Positions 19,178 through 28,084 of a DNA stretch of 32,000 nt are shown here, piece after piece. A program made the translations under genes and the position numbers. Location: the NCBI RefSeq assembly GCF_900095195.1, contig NZ_LT606950.1, forward strand, positions 426,164-458,163, read 5' to 3'. Each line of letters opens with the position of its first letter. Position 1 is the stretch's first letter. This stretch comes from Polynucleobacter necessarius. GTDB lineage: Bacteria > Pseudomonadota > Gammaproteobacteria > Burkholderiales > Burkholderiaceae. Below the pieces are notes generated by a model that was not told where the DNA came from, ran no database searches, and was given only the letters and a program-made list of their open reading frames with translations.

Positions 19178-19753
19178 ATGGATTTTTCTGCCTTAACCCT
19201 TTCCGCTGGTGTCGTTGCATTGGCGGAAATGGGTGACAAAACCCAATTGCTATCGTTGATGTTGGCCGCTCGGTATCCGCGGCAATCGTTGGCGATTATC
19301 CTTGGAATTTTTATTGCCACCATCGCTAATCATGCAGGTGCTGCGCTCTTAGGTCATTGGCTGATGACCTTGGCCTCGCCGGATGTCATGCGTTGGATTC
19401 TAGGTGTGAGTTTTTTAGGGCTTGGACTATGGCTATTGGTACCAGATCACATTGATGATGCGAAGGGATCTAAGGTGGCGGATCGAGCCCTGCAAGTATT
19501 TATTCTGACCGTAGTGTTATTTTTCTTGGCCGAAATGGGAGATAAGACACAAATTGCCACCATTGCTCTGTGTGCTCGTTATGAAGATGTCGTTTCGGTA
19601 ACCATCGGCACCACCTTGGGGATGATGTTGGCTAATGCCCCAGCAGTTTGGATTGGGCAAAAATTCACACAACGTATGCCGATTAAATGGGTGCATGCTG
19701 TCGTCGCCGTCTCTTTTATTCTGATTGGGCTTGCTACTCTCATTTGGGGTTAG
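19178..19753 (+). CDS. GDT1/TMEM165 (UPF0016) family cation (Ca2+/Mn2+) transporter
   Basis: 191-aa membrane protein with the duplicated family signature E-x-G-D-K-T (AEMGDKTQL occurs twice). Confidence 0.85.
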   Translation: MDFSALTLSAGVVALAEMGDKTQLLSLMLAARYPRQSLAIILGIFIATIANHAGAALLGHWLMTLASPDVMRWILGVSFLGLGLWLLVPDHIDDAKGSKVADRALQVFILTVVLFFLAEMGDKTQIATIALCARYEDVVSVTIGTTLGMMLANAPAVWIGQKFTQRMPIKWVHAVVAVSFILIGLATLIWG

Positions 19754-19795
19754 ATCTCTTCAGCATAGGCTAGTCTGAGGTCTTAAAATGGGCAG

Positions 19796-22405
19796 ATGAA
19801 AACTGATCTGCCACGGAGCTTTCGTCGGCTCGAATACCGCCCTCCTGTTTATACCGTCGATCAAGTCGAGCTCGATATCGCCTTGGATTCGGCCCGTACG
19901 ATTGTAAAAAGTCGCATGGAGGTCTTACCAGGAAAAAGTTTCGAGTCTGGCGCGCCGTTGATATTGGTTGGGCAAGAACTGGAGTTTGTGAGTTTGCGCA
20001 TCAATGGTGAAGCGCATCGTCATTTTGAGCTCACTCCAGAGACGTTGACGATTCACTCGTTACCAAAAGAAGGCCAAGAAAGGTGCATCGTCGAAATTAT
20101 CTCGATATGCGTTCCAGAAAAAAATACGAGCTTGATGGGCTTGTATGTGTCAAATGGCAATTTCTTTACGCAATGTGAAGCAGAGGGCTTTCGCAAGATC
20201 ACCTATTTTTTAGATCGTCCCGATGTTATGGCGCGTTATCGCGTGACGTTGCGTGCACGTGAGGCGGAGTATTCCATGTTACTTTCCAATGGTAATTTAA
20301 TTGGTGAAGAAAAGTTACCGAATGGCTGGCATAGTGCCACCTGGGAAGATCCCTTTCCGAAGCCGTCCTATCTCTTTGCGCTGGTTGCCGGTAAGTTGGA
20401 ATGTATTGAAGAAACCATTACCACTAGCAGTGGGGCAAAGAAGCTATTGCAGATTTGGGTAGAGCCACATGATCTGAAGAAGACACGGCATGCTATGGAC
20501 TCCCTAATCGCATCAATTCATTGGGATGAGAAGCGTTTTGGGCTTGAACTTGATCTTGATCGTTTCATGATTGTGGCGGTGGGCGACTTTAATATGGGTG
20601 CCATGGAAAACAAGGGATTAAATATCTTTAATACCAAGTTTGTTCTTGCTCAACCAGAAACTGCGACCGATGCTGATTTTGCCAATATCGAAAGTGTTGT
20701 GGCGCATGAGTATTTCCATAATTGGACTGGCAACCGTGTCACCTGCCAAGATTGGTTCCAACTTTCTTTAAAAGAGGGTCTGACGGTCTTTCGAGATCAG
20801 GAATTCTCCGCTGATCAAATGGGTAGCGAGTCTGGTAGGGTGGTAAAGCGCATCGAAGATGTTCGTTTATTGCGTCAGTTGCAGTTTCCGGAGGACGCCG
20901 GTCCGATGGCGCATCCCATACGTCCTGATGAGTATCAAGAAATCAATAACTTCTATACCGTGACGGTTTACGAGAAGGGTTCTGAAGTGGTGCGGATGTA
21001 CCAAACCCTTTTGGGTAGAGAAGGCTTTCGCAAGGGTATGGATCTGTATTTCAAGCGGCACGATGGTCAAGCGGTTACTTGCGATGACTTCCTGGCAGCA
21101 ATGGCGGATGCCAATGGTAGAGATCTAACCCAATTTAAAAACTGGTACAGCCAAGCGGGTACTCCAAGAATCAAAGTAGAGGAGCGCTACGATCCAGCGA
21201 GTCAGCAATACCATTTGACCCTCACTCAGAGTTGTTTGCCAACACCGGGGCAGTCTGAAAAAAAGCCGTTTCATATTCCGTTAAAAATGCGCTTGATCAC
21301 CTCAGAAAACGATCAAGCTGAGCAACTATTGGAGTTGACGCAGCCTGCTCAGTCGTGGACGTTTAGCAATATCAGCGAGCGTCCAGTTCTTTCGATGAAT
21401 CGAAACTTCTCCGCGCCTATAAATCTAGACTTTGAACAAAGCGAAGCCGATCTATTGACACTGTTCTCAAGCGATGATGATACATTTAATCGCTGGGAGG
21501 CTGGCCAGAAACTTGCCATGCAAATGATTCTAAATAACCGTTTGCCGGATGCGCAGTTGATCAATGCATACCGAGAGCTCTTGCTGGATTCAACGCTTGA
21601 CCCAGCATTTAAAGAGCTTGCCTTAACGCTCCCTGCCGAGTCTTACCTCTACGAACAATGCACTAGTGTGGATCCGCAGCAAATTTTTACAGCGCGCAGA
21701 GCGTTTCGACGAGCTATCGCCAAGCAATTAGCATTAGAGTGGGCTGCGATGTACCAGCAAAACCAAACTCCTGGCCTATTTAAGTCTGACGCAAAAGATT
21801 CAGGCAAGAGGGCATTAAAAAATCTTGCGCTCAATATGTTGTTAGAAGCGGATCCAGTTGTTTGGACTCCGATGGCGGTGAATCAATATCGCGTTGCGGA
21901 CAATATGACGGACCGCTATGCTGCCTTTGCTGCATTGGTAATGCATGGTGCAAAAGGAGCGCAGGATTGCTTGAATGATTTCTTCAATCGTTTTGCGAAC
22001 GATGCATTAGTGATTGATAAATGGTTTGTGCTACAGTCAAGTCGTCCGCCTGTCGATGGTCTTGAGTCTACTCTTGCGGATGTCAAGCGCTTGCGCGAAC
22101 ATCCTGCTTTTAAACTCAATAATCCAAATCGGGCTCGCAGTGTTATACATGCATTCTGTACCAATAATCCAGCGAGCTTTCATCAGGCTGACGGTAGCGG
22201 CTATGCTTTTTGGGTGGAGAGTGTCTTGGCGCTTGACCCCATTAATCCACAGGTGGCTGCCCGACTAGCCAGAGCCCTTGATCGCTGGCGTTTATTCGCT
22301 CAGCCATATCAAAGTCATATGAAAGCTGCTCTCGAGAATGTTACCGCTTGTCAAACCCTTTCCCCAGATGTGTGTGAGGTGGTTAGCAAGGCTCTGGCAG
22401 GCTAA
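19796..22405 (+). CDS. pepN: Aminopeptidase N (M1 family)
   Basis: 869-aa ORF with the GAMEN exopeptidase motif and the zinc-binding motif HEYFHNWTGNRVT...WFQLSLKEG. Confidence 0.95.
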   Translation: MKTDLPRSFRRLEYRPPVYTVDQVELDIALDSARTIVKSRMEVLPGKSFESGAPLILVGQELEFVSLRINGEAHRHFELTPETLTIHSLPKEGQERCIVEIISICVPEKNTSLMGLYVSNGNFFTQCEAEGFRKITYFLDRPDVMARYRVTLRAREAEYSMLLSNGNLIGEEKLPNGWHSATWEDPFPKPSYLFALVAGKLECIEETITTSSGAKKLLQIWVEPHDLKKTRHAMDSLIASIHWDEKRFGLELDLDRFMIVAVGDFNMGAMENKGLNIFNTKFVLAQPETATDADFANIESVVAHEYFHNWTGNRVTCQDWFQLSLKEGLTVFRDQEFSADQMGSESGRVVKRIEDVRLLRQLQFPEDAGPMAHPIRPDEYQEINNFYTVTVYEKGSEVVRMYQTLLGREGFRKGMDLYFKRHDGQAVTCDDFLAAMADANGRDLTQFKNWYSQAGTPRIKVEERYDPASQQYHLTLTQSCLPTPGQSEKKPFHIPLKMRLITSENDQAEQLLELTQPAQSWTFSNISERPVLSMNRNFSAPINLDFEQSEADLLTLFSSDDDTFNRWEAGQKLAMQMILNNRLPDAQLINAYRELLLDSTLDPAFKELALTLPAESYLYEQCTSVDPQQIFTARRAFRRAIAKQLALEWAAMYQQNQTPGLFKSDAKDSGKRALKNLALNMLLEADPVVWTPMAVNQYRVADNMTDRYAAFAALVMHGAKGAQDCLNDFFNRFANDALVIDKWFVLQSSRPPVDGLESTLADVKRLREHPAFKLNNPNRARSVIHAFCTNNPASFHQADGSGYAFWVESVLALDPINPQVAARLARALDRWRLFAQPYQSHMKAALENVTACQTLSPDVCEVVSKALAG

Positions 22406-22418
22406 TTTTTCGATGCAG

Positions 22419-22777
22419 CTAGTGTAAATTCTGGCTGTAAGCAATACCTAGCCGTGATGCGAGCGACTCAAGATTTTTGTCAAAAGTCCGGATGAGAGCA
22501 TTTTCTGAGAGAAGTGTTGCTGCGAGCAGAGAAACGTCAATCGCGCTACATCCTGATTCATAGAGTTTATGGGCTTCAATAAAATTTAACGTTTCTTCTG
22601 GCGTAGCAATTTTGGCCTGCTGTAATTTTTTTAAATCATTTAAGGTTTTAGATCGCGGTGATGGTGGCGATCCACATGCTAGCTCGACTAATTCTGATCA
22701 TTTAGTAGGAGAGATATGAATGATGGATTTGCTTTCCTGAAGTGCGCAACCCAAACAGACGTATCTGCGAGCACCAT
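22419..22777 (-). pseudogene. vapC: PIN-domain toxin VapC, frameshifted
   Basis: From the ATG at 22775-22777 the translation reads MVLADTSVWVAHFRKANPSFISLLLNDQN, then a stop. The rest of the PIN domain continues in another frame as VELACGSPPSPRSKTLNDLKKLQQAKIATPEETLNFIEAHKLYESGCSAIDVSLLAATLLSENALIRTFDKNLESLASRLGIAYSQNLH, ending at the stop at 22419-22421. The total span is 359 nt, which is not a multiple of 3. Confidence 0.75.
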
Positions 22778-22790
22778 GGTCACACAGGCG

Positions 22791-22988
22791 CTACTCCATT
22801 AGATTTGCGACGTGGAATATTTTCATTTGGGGCGCTTTACCACCAAGCGCAGCTAAACGCTTAGCGATTTGCACACGAATAAATACGCTTATTGCCTCGC
22901 GAAATAGATCGGCTTTATCCATGCTTGGATCAGCAAGCTCTAACCCGCTTTGGTAAAGATCATCGTCAATTGTTACGGTAGCTCTCAT
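22791..22988 (-). CDS. vapB: VapB-family type II antitoxin (ribbon-helix-helix type)
   Basis: [18 protein letters not shown]...[13 protein letters not shown]...RLAALGG matches the common VapB/RHH antitoxin pattern. A GAGGAAA Shine-Dalgarno sequence lies upstream of the ATG at 22986-22988. The gene ends 13 nt before the vapC start. Confidence 0.7.
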   Translation of the reverse strand: MRATVTIDDDLYQSGLELADPSMDKADLFREAISVFIRVQIAKRLAALGGKAPQMKIFHVANLME

Positions 22989-23011
22989 GATTTTCCTCAT
23001 CAAAAATGATG

Positions 23012-23021
23012 CATATATATG
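23012..23021. promoter_or_regulatory. Perfect 10-bp AT-rich palindrome upstream of vapB, a candidate operator or -10 region
   Basis: catatatatg is its own reverse complement and lies ~24 nt upstream of the vapB start codon. RHH antitoxins typically autoregulate through palindromes in their own promoter. This assignment is an inference only. Confidence 0.3.
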
Positions 23022-23165
23022 TCAAATTTTACATCAAAATTAAGAAACCTCCTTATTGATTCACCAGTAAACCTGGCGCCCAGTGGAAAAGAGCGCTTTT
23101 ATAGGGAAATGTTTGATTACAAGGCAAAATACACCCTAATCCCCTGGCGCTTTGGAGAAATCGTT

Positions 23166-24164
23166 TTGTCCTCTAGTACCCATATTAATTTCAAGCAATA
23201 TTTAGCAACGGCCACCCCAAAAGGGGCACCGATCCCTGCTGGACTGCAGGAGTTGCTCAGTGCAGTAGTTAGTACCTGTTCCACTCTTAGTCACGAAGTA
23301 GCACAGGGCGCCTTAATTGGTTTGTTGGGTTCGGCTGGAACGGGGAATGTGCAGGGGGAAGTTCAGCAAAAGTTGGACATTATTGCGAATGATTTACTCA
23401 TCGATGGTGTGCAGGATTGCAAATCTTTAGCGGGCTTAGCCTCTGAGGAAATGGAATTGCCCCTTCCTGTAAAAGGCACGGGTGATTACCTTTTATTGTT
23501 TGATCCGCTTGATGGCTCATCCAATATTGATGTGAACGTTTCGATTGGCACCATCTTTTCGGTGCTTCAAAAGCAAGATCCACAAGCGCCATTGCAAACT
23601 TCAGATTTTCTGTTATCAGGCCGTCATCAAGTAGCAGCAGGGTATGTCGTCTATGGCCCGCAAACAACGATGGCATTGACTCTGGGTGATGGCGTGGTAA
23701 TGTTTACTTTAAACAAAGTGACCGGCGAGTTTTTGTTGATTAAGGATGCTGTGATGATTTCGTATTCCACAAAAGAGTTTGCTATCAACATGTCCAATAT
23801 GCGCCATTGGGCAGATCCAGTGTGCCGTTATGTTGAAGAATGCTTAGCGGGAGTGGGCGGCGCTCGTGAAAAAGACTTCAATATGCGTTGGATTGCATCG
23901 ATGGTGGCAGACGTTCATCGCGTGCTCTCGCGGGGCGGTGTATTTATGTATCCATGGGATCAACGAGAGCCCCATAAGCCCGGTAAATTGCGCTTAATGT
24001 ATGAAGCAAACCCGATGAGTTTTTTGGTAGAGCAGGCAGGTGGTGCTTCAACCAACGGCAAGGAGTTGATTCTCGATTTGCAGCCTACCAATTTGCATGA
24101 ACGTGTTTCCGTCATGTTGGGTTCGAAAGAAGAGGTGGAGCGTTTGCGTCATTACCATGCTTAA
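23166..24164 (+). CDS. fbp: Fructose-1,6-bisphosphatase class 1
   Basis: [49 protein letters not shown] and [19 protein letters not shown] are present. Homology begins near [12 protein letters not shown] 23166 is preceded by a GGAG 8 nt upstream and gives a typical 332-aa product. The ORF-track start at 23019 adds ~49 residues with no family similarity. Confidence 0.88.
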   Translation: MSSSTHINFKQYLATATPKGAPIPAGLQELLSAVVSTCSTLSHEVAQGALIGLLGSAGTGNVQGEVQQKLDIIANDLLIDGVQDCKSLAGLASEEMELPLPVKGTGDYLLLFDPLDGSSNIDVNVSIGTIFSVLQKQDPQAPLQTSDFLLSGRHQVAAGYVVYGPQTTMALTLGDGVVMFTLNKVTGEFLLIKDAVMISYSTKEFAINMSNMRHWADPVCRYVEECLAGVGGAREKDFNMRWIASMVADVHRVLSRGGVFMYPWDQREPHKPGKLRLMYEANPMSFLVEQAGGASTNGKELILDLQPTNLHERVSVMLGSKEEVERLRHYHA

Positions 24165-24180
24165 TGCTGGCTAATTCCTA

Positions 24181-24218
24181 AAAAATAAAGCCCGATCGAA
24201 TGATCGGGCTTTTTTATT
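24181..24218. terminator. Bidirectional intrinsic terminator between fbp and the cyanophycin synthetase remnant
   Basis: The sequence is aaaaataa-agcccgatc-gaat-gatcgggct-ttttttatt. It forms a 9-bp stem with a 4-nt loop, an A-run upstream and a T-run downstream. Confidence 0.75.
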
Positions 24219-24242
24219 CAATCTTTTGATAAATCGACGCTA

Positions 24243-25707
24243 CTACGGCTGAACTTTTTCTTTTGGGTAAGCCAAAGACTCTTCTACTTGGTCAATCAGA
24301 ATTAGCTTGGCCTTGGTAGCATCAACGAGACCTCCTTGCAGGAGTTTTAATACTTCACCATCTTCGCGCCCACGTTGGCAAGCATCTTGATACAGAATGA
24401 CGTTATCAAAAGCATTGCCAAGAATGCGGGTTAAATCTCGGATATCTTCATCGCGACGGTCGCCAGCGCCACTAATCACCACATGGCGTCTTTTAGGTTT
24501 CATCGCCTCAATGGCGTTAGTGAGGGCGCGCATGGCATCTGGGTTATGACCATAGTCAGCAATAACCGTGGCACCTTTGTGCTGAAATTGATTGAAGCGA
24601 CCAGGAACCGAATTCGCGGTACTCTCAAAACTGTGTAAACCGCGCGCAATTTTTTCAGCATCCAGCCTAATGCCCATGCTGCTCCAATCGCGGCCATGGC
24701 ATTTTCTATCTGAAAGCCCAACACACCATTTTGAGTTAGCGGAATTTCACTGACTGGGAAGCGATACATTACGCGTGAACCTTTGGAGGCAACAATATAG
24801 GCGCCATCAAAGTAAATTACTTTCTTATTCTTAGCGCGGTGTGCAGTGATGACCGGGTATTGTTGATTCTGAGCAAAGAAAATAACTCGGCCAGAACATT
24901 TATCACCCATCTTTGCCACCATGGGATCGGCAGCATTCAATACTGCGGCACCAGTAGGTGCTACGTTTTGCACAATGACTCGTTTCAATACAGCCAAATC
25001 TTCTACGCTGGTAATGTAATTGAGGCCTAAGTGATCGCCTTCACCAATAGGTACTGACACACCAGCGGCGGCCAAAAGATTTTTGGTGAGCTCTTTATCT
25101 TGTGCAATGGCTTCCGCAATCGCGCTGGTATCACTCGTCTCAGCCGCTTGAATTCGTTTTTGTTTGCTACCCCATCCAAATTGCACCATGCTGCCTTCGG
25201 TCATTCGGCGGAAGGGGATATTGCGTTGTACCGCTGCATCGACTATGGATCCAGTGCTTGGACCAAGACGCACATCCTCATAAAGCGCTTCAAGTTCTGA
25301 TAGGGCAGCAGCCAAGTCAAAAGGGGCATCATTCAGTGTTGCCTGAATTAGTGCAAAGCCAAAATCAAACGCCATGCGTCCCACAACTTCTTCAATGTAC
25401 TCACGACAACTTGATATACACCTTCATCAATCGTTTGTACCGTGCGACTAAAGGTCACGGGGCAGCCTGCTTAAGCCTGCAGGCCGAGTGCAGCATATTC
25501 AAGAGCATGCGCTAGTGACAACACTTCGTTATGACTGCCGCGTCGCATGCTGCCGAGTTGTGGAAAGCGTTCCCGAATCTTAGTTTCAAATTGCGGTATC
25601 GCATCGATAGAGCGTTCCGCAACATCGCACGTTACAATCGCCTCTAGAGCGGTATGGCGGCTCCACAAGTTGGGCCCACGCAGCATTCGAACACGGGTGA
25701 TTTCCAA
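24243..25707 (-). pseudogene. cphA: Cyanophycin synthetase (canonical CphA type), heavily degraded
   Basis: The N-domain reads MEITRVRMLRGPNLWS...LGLQA, ending at an in-frame TAA at 25471-25473. A 1-nt frameshift lies at ~25404, giving VVVS/EYIEEVVGRMAFDF. The start of the ATP-grasp domain (LLAAAGVSVPIGE) is joined directly to mid M-domain sequence (GDHLGLNYITSVEDLAVLK...AVLNAADPMV) at ~25039/25040. A further frameshift lies at ~24667-24673. The C-terminal Mur-ligase-like lobe is retained (PGRFNQFQHKGATVIADYGHNPDAM). Only ~1.46 kb remains. Confidence 0.85.
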
Positions 25708-27903
25708 TTAAGCCCCTAATAAATGAATAGCATCAGGAATGAATGTTTCCGCGCCCGCTTCAATCACATTGAATGGAATGTCAAGCGCCCAAGCAGCGCC
25801 AAATGCAGCGGCAAGACTGCGATGGGGCCCCCATGGTGATTTTGAGTAGTTTTGAATAGATGTGGGCGTGGGAATCGCTTTAATTAAAGCGTCACCCCGA
25901 TAGAGAGTGGTGTTTTTGGGGGTTGCAATAATGAAACGACCATTTTTTTGTTTGTGCTCGGTAATGATGCTCGATGAGGAGTCTGTTGAGAAATACATTA
26001 CCTCACCTTTACTCAATTCAGCCATTTTGACGATCATAGGATCCTCTGCGTTCAGAATACTGACGCCTGTAGGAACTACAACATCTACTTGTGTTCGAAT
26101 GACGTTAAATAGCTGATCTTCATCGCTAATATGATGCTCTGGAAACAATCCATTTGGATCTACATTGAGGCCAATGCCTACTTGGCAATGGTCGTAAGAT
26201 AAGCCCTCAATCAACATGGAGCGGTTGTCATTTTCGATGACAGCTAGATCAATCGCTCCATTGTTGAGGACTCTTCGACCATTTTCCCAATTGGAGCTGG
26301 ATAGACGCGTAATGGATCTTGTTCCAAAGCACAAATCTTTGCTTGTCGAAAGTCCAACATGCGCGTTGGTAAGTCTTGCAAAATGGGCAACCATTTCAGC
26401 AACGATAGTTCTGTCTGTGCTCCCACTAATACCAATGATAGGGAGTCGAAAATCATAATGACTAGGAAAGAGGTGCTCGGCGATTGCTTCGCCAACGGGT
26501 TGGGGTTTACCGCTAGCAGGCTTTAAATGCATCAATAAACCCGGACCCGCATTGACTTCAACGATTGCTGCATTTTGTTCTTCTAGCGGGCGACCAATAT
26601 CTTGAGCAACAAGATCAACCCCGGCAATTTCAAGGCCAACAACACGAGCTGCTAGAGCTACTTGGCTTGCAACATCTGGATGCACTAGGTTGGTGACATC
26701 AAATGCCACATTGCCATTACTCTAAATTAACACTTTGTGATCACAGGGAGGCACGCTACGCCCGGTGAGCTGTTGTTTTGCAAGTTCTAGCTCCACCGCA
26801 GAATCGATGCGGACAGGATTTAGTGGGTGCTCCTCGGCATTGCCACGTCGTGGATCTGAGTTAATTTGTATATTGATTAGTTCTTGTATTGTGTGTTTGC
26901 CATCACCAGTAACCCAGACAGTTTCGCCCTTTGCAGCTGCAACTACTTTATTGCCCACTACTAAGAGGCGATGTTCAGCGCCATGAATGTGGCGTTCAAC
27001 CAATACTTCGCTACCTTCGTCAATTGCTACAGCATAAGCAGCTTCTATTTCCTGTTTGGTGTGAAGGTTGATAAACACACCCCGACCATGATTGCCATCA
27101 ATTGGTTTGACAACTACGGGCAGTCCAATCTCTTGAGCTGACTCCCAAGCATCTTCTGGGCTGGTTACCGCTCTTCCCTCGGGAGTGGGGACGCCAGCAC
27201 TTCGGAGTAGGCTTTTAGTTAGGTCTTTGTCTCTCGAGCTGGTTTCGGCAATAGCACTCGTTTGGTCCGTCTCAGCAGTCCAGATCCGACGTTGCTTCGC
27301 TCCGTATCCAAGCTGTACCAAATTGCCGCTTGATAAGCGAATGTATGGAATTTCGCGTGCACTTGCAGCATGGACAATACATGCTATGCTTGGCCCCAAG
27401 CATAGATCATCACTTAACTCACGCAATTCTTCAATGATGTTATTGCGCTGAGAGATTGGGTCGCCATTGTCTTGAATTAAGGTTAGCAATAGATCACGCG
27501 CATGAGTAAAAGCCTTGAGTGTTACTTCTTCTTCAGTGCAGCTCACAATCACTTTGTAAACACCGCGACGCCCCCCATCGCGCGCTCTTCCAAATCCACC
27601 AGGGATGCCCGCAAGATTTTGCAGCTCAATCGTAAGATGCTCCAAGATATGACCCGGCCGCGTTCCTTCCTCAACCCGTTTCAGAAATCCACCGGGTTCA
27701 CCATAACTGCAACGGTGCTCATGAAGACTGGGGAGGCAGTTGTATAGCCGATCATAGAAGCCCGGGATTTTGTCGGAGGGGTAATCCTCGAGTTCGCCAA
27801 TATCGATTAAAACTTCCAGAGCAGGGTTGTAGCTCCACGTATTTGGGCCACGTAAGTGTCGATGGCTAAGTATTTGAATCGATTTATCGAGTAATTGAGG
27901 CAT
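25708..27903 (-). pseudogene. Cyanophycin synthetase paralog (short CphA'-like form, ~731 codons) with one in-frame stop
   Basis: The N-domain (ILSHRHLRGPNTWSY) and the ATP-grasp domain (GLPVVVKPIDGNHGRGV, RHIHGAEHRLLVVG) are present, followed by an in-frame TAG at 26722-26724 (...HKVLI*SNGNVAFDVTNLVHP...). The M-domain continues in the same frame but has an atypical P-loop position (GISGSTDRTI). It ends soon after AAWALDIPFN, without the C-terminal lobe. Confidence 0.8.
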
Positions 27904-28084
27904 TTAAGGTTAGCAAAGGGGGTGGGTGCCAAGGGATGGATGAAAGAGCCAGCATCCCCAGCTTCTTATTTTTTTAGTTTTCTTTGAAATCCACAAAAAA
28001 TAGCAAAAATACGTAAAAAAGCTTACTTTATTAATTTAACGGTTTTCCACCCCTTAAAGTTGACATTGCCAATAAATCCAAATA

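Noticed and set aside
23019-23165. ATG-initiated 49-codon N-terminal extension of fbp given by the ORF track
   Set aside because: The extension ([28 protein letters not shown]...) has no similarity to class 1 FBPase N-termini. Family homology begins near 23170, and a TTG with a GGAG Shine-Dalgarno sequence gives the canonical length.
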